Positions 48,801 to 61,623 of a stretch of 64,000 bases of DNA are shown here, one piece after another. Both the position numbers and the translations under genes were made by a program. The notes under the pieces were generated by a model, which was given only the letters and a program-made list of their open reading frames with translations, was not told the DNA's origin and made no database searches. This DNA comes from Lingula anatina. Its lineage: Eukaryota; Animalia; Brachiopoda. The stretch lies in NCBI GenBank assembly GCA_051362555.1, contig CM120649.1, positions 4,092,001-4,156,000 of the forward strand. The letters run 5' to 3'. Position 1 is the stretch's first letter. The number at the start of each line of letters is the position of its first letter.

Positions 48801-51800
48801 GTGTGTTGTCTATCCACCGGAGCACGTTCTAAAAAGAGGTAACAGCCATTTCGTGAAAAATACCAATTTCAAGACGAGAAATGCAGAACTAGGATCTTCT
48901 CAAAACTGAATTTTTTTATATGTTTTAACAAAGAAATATTCAGAAAGTAACACAAGAATTTCTACCCACACCACTACTTCTCTTTATGAAATATACACGT
49001 GTGTACACAATATATTTTCTTCTTTAGGGTGGTTTGGTAACATCTACATAGGCTTTACAGCCTATGAGCCAAAGGCCAAAAAATTAATTCTATTGTCTAA
49101 AATTTGGGAATATTTTACATGTTTTTGGTGAATTTGAAATAGTTGAAGTCTTTATATTCAATTTATGCCAGTTACTTTATCTTAAATTTGTATATTTGAA
49201 CACAGATGGCTCTAATCCAAAATGACCACCACATAAGATGTTTTTTTTTTTTGATATGTCAACAAGTCTTTCTTACTATAAAGTTCAATTTTGTATTCAT
49301 CTTCTAAGATTTTGTAAGTATTAGGAAATAGTATTGGCACTTTAGGGTTTCTGTCAAACGAAACAAATGACAGATGTTTTTGAATATAGTGCTGTCAATT
49401 AAGTATGATATAGTCCTTAATCAATTAGTAGGCAAATATCTACTATGCAAGTGAAAAGTTGCAATTTCGTGACAGAGTTAGGATGTGACAATACCTGTTT
49501 GGATGTTTTTCAGATAAAAGCGCACTTTGGTGCATACAGAAACGACAAATGTTACATTATAAGTGAGTAAAATAAAAATGATAAACCAGTGAGTGGCAAA
49601 TGGTGCTTCCCATGTTTTTCTGACACTCAACTTTTGGGTATATCATTCTGTATGGTACGTGCATTATTTATAATGACAGAATTGGGTTACCATTGGATGT
49701 ATCGTGAGTTAAAAAAGCGCACAGAAAGTTCATTCATAAGCATAATAACCTTTTCTAAAAATCTGCTTTAAAACCTGACAAAGTTAAGGCTTTACTGAGT
49801 GACAGTGATTTAGTGCGAGGCCACTGTAGCTTACGAAAATATTAGATAGAAACATCATTTAGGATAAAAGAACCATGGCTGCAAATTAATTGAGGCCAAA
49901 TAGTGCTTAAGGATGGAAACATATTTCTGATTTGACAAATCCGCTATCTACTTAAAGCGACACGTAGAAATTGTGCTTTTCGCAGTGTATAATTTTGGGG
50001 TTCCCATCAAGAGGAGTTCTGCCATGTGCATTGTTGTTTATATGTAGAACACATTTTCCAAACGTAGAGCACTAAAAATAACATTATTTCATGGAGTTTT
50101 ATTGCTGAAAATAGGCCGCGACAAGTATTCTTCAGAATTGGAACTCTTTATGTAGAATGGCTGTTTATTGCTACAAGTATATGGCTGTGTCTAGATAAGG
50201 TAGGGATTACTCTATGGGTGCATTCCCATAGATTTTAGATCGATCTATCCCCATGGGGAGTCTCACTAGATTACTGTCAGATAATCCGGCTTAAATGTCC
50301 CGCCTACTACAAGCTGTAAGGGGGTAATTAACTTTCGTGCCCGCTCGGCTGACAGCGATTTAGCGACCTAATTGGATCGATCTTATCTCTGGGAATGGGG
50401 TCTATGACTGATCATAATTACTAACCTGTTTTTCTCGCCTAAGACCCAAGAACAGGAGGAACCGATGTTTGACGTATATCTCCAAAAACCACTGCGTATT
50501 AATTACAGTTTGATTCAAAACGGCCTTTAAAGTGAAATCGTCCAAGGCGGTCGGTAGGTCGCCTCCACTGGCCAGACACAGCTCACGTGATCTCAACCAG
50601 GTAAGGGGCGGTCTCGCGTCTTCGGATTGTAATTCGGTGAGTAATTTATAGCATTTTCCAGAGATACATGACGCTGCGATACCGTTATGAAAATCTTCAA
50701 TTAAGCTATCAGAGATGGCAACATAGTTTTCAAGATTGTACGAAAGGTCAAGGTCTGATTCCATCCAAGGTTCGGACTCAGCGGGTAGGGGTTCTAAGAC
50801 AATACAGACTGTCCACGCACTGAGAGTGTTCCAAGAGTATTCAAAAGTGCCACCGGCGTATTTAGTATTTTTCAAGATAAATGTCGGTGTGCTAGCGAGT
50901 ATGCGACCTGTGGGAGCTTTGTTATGCCCTTCACCAAAGGCAGATGTGGAATATTCTTCTATTTTAAGTTTAAGTTCAGTTCCAATGGATCGACACAGTC
51001 TTATTGTGAAATTCAGAGAATAAAAACACCATTTGCAATACCTGTCCTTTTTTAATGTTATTGTATATGTAATTCCGGTATATTGCCGTCCACAAAATCC
51101 GAATAATGCACCTGTCGATTTAGTAATCGTTTCGTTGCGCGTTCTTTCTTCATTGGGTTCAAAAAATTCTTCCGAATTCTCCAAATAATTTTGTGGCCAC
51201 AGATCATTGGTAAAAGATAAAGATGAACAAAAAGTACGAGTCGTAAAAATGTGACCGTTAAATCTTGTTGTTGTTATTTCGAACACTTTACCTTCAAATC
51301 TTTTGTTGTGTTCTCTGTAAGAGAGGTCACATTGTTTTCGAATAGAATCCCGCCATCTTTGTTCAAAATATATCGTCATATGAGTATCATATGGGAAAAA
51401 CCTGTACCACCGTTTTACCAATGGACTCCCTAAATAAATCAACAGCATTCCATTAACTTGACAACCAGATCTTACCGGCACTCGCACATTAATTGAAGTA
51501 TCATATACATGACCAGAACTTCCGTTATATCTTGTTTGGCATGTGCTGTTGTTGCTAAAATATAGAAAATTAACCCACTGCCCAATCTGGATGTTTGATT
51601 CATTCCAGTGCACAATATGGCTGTCTTCAAGCCTATATGACAAACTGAATGTTATTTTACGTTTAGGTATTAAACACGACCCATTGATATTGTCAAATCG
51701 AAAACAGTAGAATATCACACGTGGTCGACTAAAAAAGATAACCGCCTTGAGTTTTTCCATACCATCCCTGTGGTCCATATCATCGTAGTTACAACTCGGC

Positions 51801-53065
51801 CCGACCACCGCCAAGTTATTATACAAGTCACTGTAACCAGTAAGTATTTTTCCAAAGAACAGGCAACTGTTTCCAACCTCTCCTTGCAGCATAGCAAAGG
51901 GTGATATCAAATTGCGAAAATTGCTTTCTAAACTAACCGTGGAATTTGAGAAAAGATCGATATCATAGCGAACTAAGGGTTCAGGGGATACGGTTAGACG
52001 AACCGAAGTGTGATTATTGAGGTTTGAACAAATCGTGTCCAAGCGGCCGTTAGCGTTTCTTGAAGATTGGCATAGTGTCCCGGGGGTATAGTGTGTTACA
52101 AAAGACATGTAGCGGGCAACAAACACCCATGGTGTAGGACCCAGTGTGTGCCTTTCCTCCGTTAAGTTAAAAAATACATTCCAACCTATAGTGCGGATGG
52201 AACCATTTTTCAATGGGATCTGAGTGTCAGTAGGATACAAAATTATCCTGGATCCTGGAGGTCCGTCGTAAACGTGCAATGTATACGGTACAGAGCTGTT
52301 TAAAGAAATGTTTGAATACACTTCCCAGTGTAGTGAAATTTGATCACCACCTCCAGCAATGATATGAACGTGATATTCCACTCTATTATTGCACTGCGTT
52401 GAAATGAGCGTTGTTTTGGGGTGAAACTCGCCTTGGCGCGACGACAAAACTGTAGGCAGCTGAACCTGATGGCAGTCTGAAAATACAGCCTGATATTCGA
52501 TGTGAAATCCGGACAATTCTTCAAAACCATATGTTAAATATTCCATGCAGAGCTTATTTCTGGGAAGGGTGAGTTCCGTTGAGTTGAGATACGTCAGCTC
52601 TCCCCAAAATTTACCAAATAGTCGGGAGTCGTTACACGATCCTAGAGATATGGAAAGATAATCATAGTAGTTATAATCTATTGAGAAATGATTTAATCTT
52701 AACCTTATCCTGCTATCCTTTGTAGTAGTTATCTCCCAACTCTGTATGTGCGGTGGATCAGAACTTTGGTCAAAATTTGGATTTTGAATAACACCGCATA
52801 TCCCATTGATGCCCAGAACATGTGTACCACCCTCGGTATATTCATTCGTTTGTTCCTCACACTCGCCCCAGGCACACTTGTGAATTAACTTCCTCGCTTT
52901 GTAATCCGTCAACGCCGGTAATTGCAACACAGACCTCTTCACGCATTCGCGAATTAATGAACGGGCATAAGACGCTGTCAAGTGACTAATGTGGTCACCG
53001 ACACCACTTTCAGAGAAAAGCGTAAAAACTAAAAGGAATATGCACCACGTCTTTTTGATTCCCAT
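45814..53065 (-). CDS. GRL101-like LDLa-LRR G-protein-coupled receptor with N-terminal CUB-like and C-type lectin domains (1884 aa; exons 53065-50426, 48828-45814)
   Basis: Signal MGIKKTWCIFLLVFTLFSESGVG; CUB-like motifs (CGVIQNPNF..WEI..RIRLRLNHFSID; LHVYDGP); C-type lectin joined across a phase-0 intron (LTW..SRELC..GGDL..FLGLRREKQ|NVLRWIDNTPLVFSDW..CAAM..WIMIPC..ICE); six LDLa-like repeats (e.g. CDGRKDCLDGSDE); LRRNT CPPECVC, several LRRs, CC hinge and seven hydrophobic segments. Confidence 0.9.
50218..50400. mobile_element. Palindromic MITE in the receptor intron (same family as 22081-22291)
   Basis: Shared GATTTTAGATCGATCTATCCC..GGGGAGTCTCACTAGATTACTGTCAG core and inverted ends. Confidence 0.7.
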
Positions 53066-54292
53066 CGCCAAATCTAAAATCGACTGCCGCCTTAACACTG
53101 AGTACTGCGCGCGACTGACACGCGCGAAAAAGTGCTACTCTTTGACTTGTCGACTGTAATCAGTTAATGGCCGCCGTGCAATCAGATGATGGATCTTTTA
53201 TTGATAAAGATACATTAATATTTAAAAGAAAAGGACACAAGCGTCAAAAAAAGGTGAAAGTCATTATTTGGTGTAGTGGATGTGTGTGTATGAAGTCTCG
53301 CTGCCGTGCCGATGTAACGTGAATGCAAGTCCGTTCTATAAGAACCGTAGTCCGCTTCCCATTACTTTTGTACAGGTGCCATTCGCCCCATATACAGACT
53401 TGACATTTAATAGGGAATATTTTCTCCAAATCATAATTAATCAATTTTTCCCATTTTGCTGACTGATAAATGAAAATAAGGATTTTTCGATGCCATTGTG
53501 ACATCAGTTCATTAATTGAATTCGCCAGTGAAGCAAACAAAAATACATGTATATTGCCTATTTTAACTCATACGACAACCATTGAAAGTGATATTTTTGG
53601 ATCTCCGTATTTTCCAAATTATCGTCTTTAAAAGAGTTGCATGCCCCACAAAGGCCCCTCCTTGTCGTATCCGACATAGATATCTTTTGAAGTCATATGA
53701 CGTAATGTGTTGTAGTCCAATAGCTCTCAAGTAATGCGTCGGCCTCTTTGTGTAGAGAAATTAACTATACAATTAAAAGTAAAGTAGACGTAATTAGATC
53801 CACGTAAGGTAAGAAATAAGTATATAAGCGATACCTAGAGAGAGAGAAAAGAGACATGTAGAGGACAGCTAGAGAAAGCAGCCAAGGAAGAGATTGGAAG
53901 TGACGGAATACGGAACAGACGAGTTACATGTAGGAGTTGGAGACCACTTAGAATATGTAGCTACCGAGCGACAACGAATAAATTGTTTAACTGGTCATCA
54001 TGTGGACATGGGTTTTCTTTGCGCGACCTTTTACGTAAAGCCTAGATCCCAACCGAACGTACGGGCTACTACGTGTGGTCTACGGTCAAAAAGGTGGAGC
54101 CTCTTTGCAACCCCACAAATGTAATGTGTGCAAAATTGTTGGTAAATAATAACTTTTGTTGACTCGTCACATCACAATTTTTAGGATGATGAGTCTGATT
54201 AAATATTTGACATATAATTTTTATCCCTAAGGCCATAACATTTAATACAGGCAACAATTTGCTACATTGTTATTATTGTTAAAACGATTATG

Positions 54293-55094
54293 TGTAGTGT
54301 TCACAAATATAATTCCCAGACATGTAAATTAATTTGATTAGAGTCGATTGCTTGTGCACTCGACTCGTTTTATGGCCTTACCTGTAGTTATGTAACTTAA
54401 GTGGATGTGTGCAATTTGAATAATTAAAATTAATATGTACCGCCAAATACTGCAGCACAGAATCCACCTATAGATAAGCAATACGTATAAAAAGATGTCT
54501 AGAATTAAGATCGGGGGGCAGACTGAAGAAGACACGAAGTGGACCGCTAAATATGTTATGTACCTTTACATATACATATGAGATGAATGTCCTAAACTTA
54601 TATAATTTAGAACGCTTAATTCAAGCGTGGGCTCGAAATAGGACATTACGTTTTAAACTTACTCAGTGGATAACGCAATTCGAAATTCCACGGTTCGTGT
54701 CAGATTTACGTAATGTCGCGCAAAGAAAACCCAAGTCCACATAATGACCAGTTTAATGGTTTATTCGTTGACGATCTCTAACTACATGTTCTATACGTGA
54801 AGCCTCCAACTTCTAAGCCGTCTCCCATAGCTCCGACGAGCGGTCCACTTCGTGTCTTCTTCAGTCTGCCCCCCGATCTTAATTCTAGACATCTTTTTAT
54901 ACGTATTTCTTATCTATAGGTGGATTCTGTGCTGCAGTATTTGGCGGTACATATTGATTTTAATTATTCAAATTGCACACGTCCACTTAAGTTACATAAC
55001 TACAGGTAAGGCCATAAAACGAGTCGAGTGCACAAGCAATCGACTCTAATCAAATTAATTTACATGTCTGGGAATTATATTTGTGAACACTACA
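54293..55094. repeat. Long inverted repeat (256-bp arms 54293-54548 and 54839-55094, 290-bp spacer); foldback-like element
   Basis: ORFs 54338- and 54852+ give near-identical translations; the arms differ at only a few positions. Confidence 0.92.
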
Positions 55095-56259
55095 TATGAT
55101 AGACGGGTTATATAACAAAACCGGCCTCGTTTTGGCAAATCACGAACAATCAATATTCCTTGTTGCCTTCTTTCTTGTTATGAATGAGACTATAAAAGTT
55201 TCTGGTAGACTACACTGAGATGGAGGAGACATTAAAATGGGGAAAAAGTGGGAAATCGTGCGTGAGGAGCACCTCCATCGTGCTACTTTTGGGAGGACGC
55301 AAACAGCACGTAGACACTTTTCGACATGATCAACAGCTGCTACGTGCGATCTACATGTACTGTAGCTACATGTACGTCCTGGCTGGACGCAAGGAGCCTA
55401 AAAACCGTGCGTCCAAAACGTATATAGTTGGGACCTTGGTCTAAATCTGAATCTTTGAACGTGGAATCTTTGGATTGCATTATCCACTAAGTTAGTCTAA
55501 AACGTAATGTCCTATTTCGAGCCCAGCTTGAATTAAGCGTACAAAATTATACAAGTTTAGTACATTAATTCCTTATGTAGATAAAAAGGTTCTTTATGAG
55601 TGCATGAATTGAGAGGAGTCGCCGAGGCTAGTTTGCTGTCAAAATTTGTTATCATACACAACACAACAGAATCAAATAGATGTAGGTTGAAAATGTCATT
55701 TTATTGACATTTGCACTTTGATTAATGTTCAAAGTACGAATGAAAATTACTGAGAGTTAGATATAAATCTATGAATGACAATCATGTATGTTATTTAATT
55801 TTCAAGCTTAAAGATATAATTTACATTTCAGCAAAGATGGAGGGAAAAAGAGCCCACACATGGCAGTATGTTTTAGACAAATTTTATGTCCAAAATTCGG
55901 CCGAGGCTGAGAGCGAGCTGCGCAACCCCTACCCTTCAGGAAGGGGACGTAGGTTTCCTCAATGCTCTGACAGCCCACTAATAGAGTTGTCTCTCTTGGC
56001 CTTATAACTGCCATATGTGCCCTATGCTAAGGTTATGCCCTGTATGTTGACTTAAACAAAATGAGAACTGCTATCCCATAGAGGCTTACCTATATGTCAA
56101 ATATTTCTGAACATAAATACCATACATGTTATAATGATACATAGAATTAATAATTGTTTTGCAGTGTTAATTAATCAGGGAAGATTAGGGAGGGACAAGG
56201 TTGGGTTTGAGAAACTTTATGAAATTCACTTAAAACTCTTCTCTCCTGAGCATGTTTTG

Positions 56260-56760
56260 GCACCAATGTGTTATCCACTCTAAATAGTGACGCTTTCAAT
56301 GACTCTATAGTCACTTAAGAAGTGGTACACGCCTTGTTGAAGGCCTCTTGAAGATGTCTGTAAAGTCTGTTTTGACCGGTTTGGCGGTATGGGTAAAATC
56401 TGGCCTCAATAAAGAAAGCCACGCGGTTTCAGTGTTCTACCCAGAAATGGTCATGGTCCCCAATTCATTAGAGAAACAGGCTACGCTGTTAAGCTGTTTA
56501 CAGTGGCTTCCGCAGAGGTCGCCTGATATCCTTACCTGCTGAAGCCATTTTAGTGTTAGCTTAGAGCCTTGAAAAACGCGTTTTGGTGACAATTTGTCCC
56601 TCATTCAAAACGGACTGGGTGGTTTGGGTTAAATTGCAGCAGCATATCCTGTATGTATCCTGTCTGGGCATAATCTATAAAACTCTGCAGACCATTCCGT
56701 TTGACACAATAATCTGTCTGGCAATGTCTGACTTTTTCTACCACAAATTAACAAATTTGT
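56260..56760 (-). mobile_element. Highly degraded Tc1/mariner-like transposase remnant
   Basis: Minus-strand fragments KSDIARQIIVSNGMVCRVL (HTH-like) and RVAFF-EARF..GQNRLYRH..EAFNKAC (resembling the VLFSDESRF region), with stops and frameshifts. Confidence 0.45.
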
Positions 56761-57442
56761 AAAACACTGCATAGCTCATTTTACCCACTGCAAACCCACC
56801 ACTTGCATGCAATATTTCAAATTCTTCTAAGCAGCAGTTGCCGACATGGATACTTTTTTGACAGAACCATGCTTCAGCAAAGGTAAGCTTTGACTAGCCC
56901 AAAGGAGCACTAGACAATTAAATGACTGCAAATAACACAACGCAGAAGTGGAACAGACTTGGTAGTCAGTTAAGTAGCGACACACCTGACTTCATACTTC
57001 TACAGTCAGATATCTTATGTGAGATCTGAGTTTTTTAAGAAGAACGCATTTTTACCTAGGTATACCTTTAAAGCTGAAATATTCCCTATGAAATGACATG
57101 TCTGTAGTAACCCCAATGCTCCTTATACCCCCTAACCAGTACAAATCATATAGGAGTTTGGACTTCCATTCCTAGGACTTGCATTCCTGTTACACCGGTC
57201 TGACATGCCAGAGTGTCCCACACGATATAGAGTCCGGTTGCCATTAATGTGCTCAGGTGGGCCTCGCCCAAGATTTTGATCCACTTACGTCAGGCCAACC
57301 CTAACTTGTATAATTAAAAGGAGGGTGGGCTCTCTGTTACAGGGAGCCTAAGTTTTGTCACACCGATGTCAAATTTTGGTTTATTTTTTCTTCTTTAAAT
57401 CTTGTTCCTAAGTAGTCTCTTATTAATCCAAAAGTATGATAA

Positions 57443-57444
<2 letters not shown>

Positions 57445-57496
<52 letters not shown>
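57445..57496. repeat. (TAA)n microsatellite
   Basis: Direct observation; another occurs at ~32512-32545. Confidence 0.95.
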
Positions 57497-57497
<1 letters not shown>

Positions 57498-57859
57498 TTA
57501 CTTTGAGTCTAAAATCCATTATAACATGTTCAGAAGTCTTTACATATACATGAAACAATTTCTTAAGAAATCAATTATTAGGAATAGATGAGTAAAAGAT
57601 TACACAGCTTAACGACAAAAAAAATTAAGAGTGTTCTAGATAAAACATACTGATTCACATATAAAAGCACTTACACTACACAACTAAAAATTGTTTATTA
57701 AGAAAAAAAATAATCAAGTCAAGGTTTAAAAAACAGCCTCATTTGCACACTGAAAAAATTATAAGTAGAGCAGGCTTGTTTCTTACAGTGCACAAATGCA
57801 ATTGCTATAAAATTTGTGAAATCAATTTAAAAGTTGATTAGTCAAAAAATTTCCTGCAT

Positions 57860-58232
57860 AGGTATGTCTTCAATTCTTTTTCTTGGTAGACTCAATTGAT
57901 CGGATTTCCAGTGGTAATAAATTCCATTCCTTTGGACCTGTCACCATAGGTTTTAGGCGCATTTTTACCGGCTAAAGTAACAGTTTTTCTACAGACCGCA
58001 GATTTCTTGCTGGAACATAGTGAGTGACTAATTCACTTCAGTAGATCGGTGCAACTTTGTAAAAGGCATCATGAGCAAAGACTAGACATTTAAATAAAAT
58101 CCTGGCTTGCAGAGGTAGCCAATTTTACTCTTTTAAAACTGGGGTGATACGGTAACTCATGGATGTACGGGTTGATTATCTAGCTGAGATGTTCTGAATA
58201 CGCTGCAGTCTTTTAATCTGGTTTTTGGACAA
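57860..58232 (-). mobile_element. Degraded 3' fragment of a CR1/L2-type LINE ORF2
   Basis: KRLQRIQNISAR*..RITPVLKE*NWLPLQARILFK..APIY*SEL..YVPARNLRS..LKTYL matches the typical LQRxQNxAAR/ITPVLxxLHWLP/PxRxLRS tail. Confidence 0.75.
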
Positions 58233-60264
58233 CCATATAATAAAAAGTAATTATAATGATAATGTTTATAATCTAATGTTTACAAAAAGATTTATGACCA
58301 AACAAACACATAAGTAGCGTAATTAAATATGTAATCACAGCACAATAAGTATACCCAGGCCTGTTAGCGACTCTTAAATGCCTATGTATTTGTTGAGTCT
58401 TGGTTTCTGTCTGACTTTTAACTACGTGAGATTTCAATGTTTTAATTAATTAATAGCATTTGAAAGAATTGTGTTGTTCATTCCTTCTGAAAATAAATAA
58501 ACGAGAGCGAACCGAATCTCATATTATTTATAAAAAGAAAATCATAATAAATTTTCAAAATGCTGAGATTAATACTTGTAACTGTAACAATATAATCTTT
58601 GTGTGATTTGATTGAAGTTTTTAACGGTTCCCAAACTTTTTCTTTAAAGCTTATTATACTTGCTTAATTTCTATTCACTATTAAATGCCGTCTATAATCG
58701 TAGGCTCTTTAAGAAATTGTATTGGATAATTTGGCTTTTAAATTTGTGGGACTACAGCACTGTTAACTCTGCATAGCGCCGCCACATGGCAGCACTGTTG
58801 CAAAAGCGACAGTTGTCAATCTAATCGGTCTCTCTGTAGCACTATCAGTGATCCCGTATTACTTTGCAGTGTGGGACATCTGCTTTACACGCTATGATTC
58901 AACTGTGCTGTTTAATTTATAAAATAGATGTCGTTCTATCGCAGCATGAGCGACCGTATTTCCATTTAAGGAACTTTTTGCCTACACTGTAAAATGATTT
59001 GAACTAGCTCTAAATGATAAGGGAATTTTCCACTAAGTAAATATACATGTGCATACCCTATTTTTATTTACAATTTCATATAGTTTTTTACTATTCGTCC
59101 CTTACATAGCAAATGAGTATAAGTGGTTTCAATATCAGGAATAACAGCACATACGCTTATGCGCACAGCAAGTTTTATTTTCCTTCAAACAAATAGTTTT
59201 ATCACTGACAGGTCTAGATCAGGGTGATCAACGCACCCCTCCCAACTCCAAAATTCCAGGTGGACCTTTATTATTCGAAGGTTTGGTGGCTTAACAGTGG
59301 ACTGCTAGGCTCATCAAATTTTAATCAGTTACCAATGAATTAGTTGATGAGCTCACCTGAGGAAGCTACCCTCGATGCCTTTTCTCCGAACAATCCAATT
59401 CATCGCTTTCCTTACTCAAAATTTCAAGCTGTAACGTCAAATTTAATCTTAAATTGAAATTGACTCGAAATCAATTTAAGGTTCCATCGGAGGCAAGCTT
59501 TAATTACAGAAATGCAGGTAAATGGGTGTATAATTCTAAATGGAAGTCCATTTTTAAATGCCAGAAGGCTCCCCTCTTTAATTAGTGGACAGGTGTCTGG
59601 AGTTGACAGGAGACAAGAAAATCACGGTAAAGATGATATATCTGATAGGTCTAGATCAGGGTGATCAACGCACCCCTCTGTGACATAAAGACTAACTATA
59701 TAAATTGTTCTTCATGAACAAACAAGTAATATACAAGTACTATAAACTAAAAATATACAGACTTACCAAGTGGCGATTTGGAAAGTCTATGTGATGTGAT
59801 AAATGCATGGATTTCATCAAAATTGACAGTCCACTCTCACCATTGGTACATGTAGGCTATTGACCGCGGACGTTTTTTTTTTTTTTTTTTTTTTTTCACC
59901 GTGACTGTTGAATTCTTGTTTGCCATTTTTTATCATTTACTATTATTTTATTCTATTTATTGTCAACTTTATTTATTATTTTGTACAAGGGTGGTAAGGG
60001 TTGATGAACAGTGGTATAAATGAAAGGGAAATCTTGAAGAAAACAAGTCTTGCGGGAAGAAGACAATGAAGACGGGAAAGGGGCAAAAAGGGGAAGGGGG
60101 TGTAAGTCTCCGAACGTTGTTATACAGCTCACCAGGGCTCAAACTCAAGTGTGGTAATGCTGTATTAGTAAATATTACGCTGAGATAAAAGTAATGCCTT
60201 TCTGACTTTTAATTTCATCATAAGTTTTATTGATTGTGTATATTTTTTCACAGATAGCTACAGA

Positions 60265-61108
60265 ATGAAGGCACAGCTGGCAGTCGGGTTCTTCCTAATA
60301 GTTGGCGCTCTGTCCGTTATGGTGACGGCTGTTAATGGTGATCACGAGGTAAGAAAACATCCCCAACAAAAAAGAATAATTATAATAATATGAATAAGAG
60401 ATTGAAGCAAAGGGGAAACGTCCACCATGTAAATGTCAATAGAATAGTCTTTTCAAGTTTTATGAAAATTATCAGTAAGACGATGATGATAACATTATGT
60501 CAAAAATTTGACCAACGCTTTCAGGGCCCAAGTTAAAATATTTATTAAGATCTGGATTGTTCACGTCCACATTTCGGCAAAAGAGCGCCAGTAACCTGAA
60601 TTTTTTCAACTTTTTTTTTCAATTTCTATTCATTCATTTTAATAAGTTATAATTCATTTATACATTTGTAAGTTTTATTTTTATTTTTAAGGCAAAATGC
60701 CTTCGGTGTCACTGTGGCCGACACTGGCCTCTTACTAATAAATTTAAACTGCCTCACGTACTTTTTTTATACTTTCACCGTCTCATAGATAAAAACGTAA
60801 TTATTCATCCCCCCCCCCCCAAAAAAAAAAAAAAAAAAAAAAAAATCCTGGGTCTGCCAACAACATTTACTAGTCTTCTCTGTCCTTTATTCCAGGCGGA
60901 CGTCGTCAAACGGGAAACCGATTTGGGGGAGTGCACTTGGAGATGCGGCTACTGGGGGCACTATCTAATCTGCGCGCAGGACCACTATGTGAAAGGCACG
61001 TGCAGCTCTGGGGAAAACGCGGACTGTTCTCACACCCACTGCGGGCCCAAAACATGGCACGCCATTTTGTGTTGTCCTGCTTCAACTTTGATTCCCGTGA
61101 CTCCATAA
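60265..61108 (+). CDS. Secreted 8-Cys prepro-peptide, copy 6, divergent acidic paralog (98 aa; exons 60265-60348, 60896-61108)
   Basis: MKAQLAVGFFLIVGALSVMVTAVNG-DHE|ADVVKR-ETDLGECTWRCGYWGHYLICAQDHYVKGTCSSGENADCSHTHCGPKTWHAILCCPASTLIPVTP*; AATAAA at 61261. Confidence 0.92.
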
Positions 61109-61623
61109 AGGCCAAAAGGCAGTTTCATGAGGACAAGTGCTACTGAGAGTGATTTGGAGTAAGAAAAACAATATATATATATATATATATCAGAGAACGT
61201 TCCAAGTACACATACCTCCGCCAAGGAAAAGGGCGGCTGTACAGCTGAAATGGCTTTTTCAATAAAAGAATATGTAAAATGTTATTAGGTCCGAGTTAAG
61301 TTAAAATTTTAATCATTTGTCCCTTTTTGAATTACTGATCTGCATGGAGATTCCTTCGAAATTTGTGCTAATTTTTTTTGAGTTTTAATAAATTGATATT
61401 TCACAAGTTTGTGCTATTATTGTTAAAGGCAACAGACCACAACTGATAAAATACAATGTCTTCGTCATATTTATAAATAAATATATATATGACACAAATG
61501 AATATATCGCGTCTTCATCTCGTTTTCGACGTTTGCAACTTTCTTTTACCTGAATAATAATAAAATAAGTTATTCAACATCTGGCATCTTTGAATTTAAC
61601 GGTTAGTACCGGTATTGGGTTAA

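Noticed and set aside
54338-55049. Pair of near-identical 65-aa ORFs on opposite strands
   Set aside because: By-product of the inverted repeat; non-ATG starts and no coding signature.
59021-59031. NF-kB-like site GGGAATTTTCC upstream of peptide copy 6
   Set aside because: Single occurrence, not seen at other copies; could be chance.
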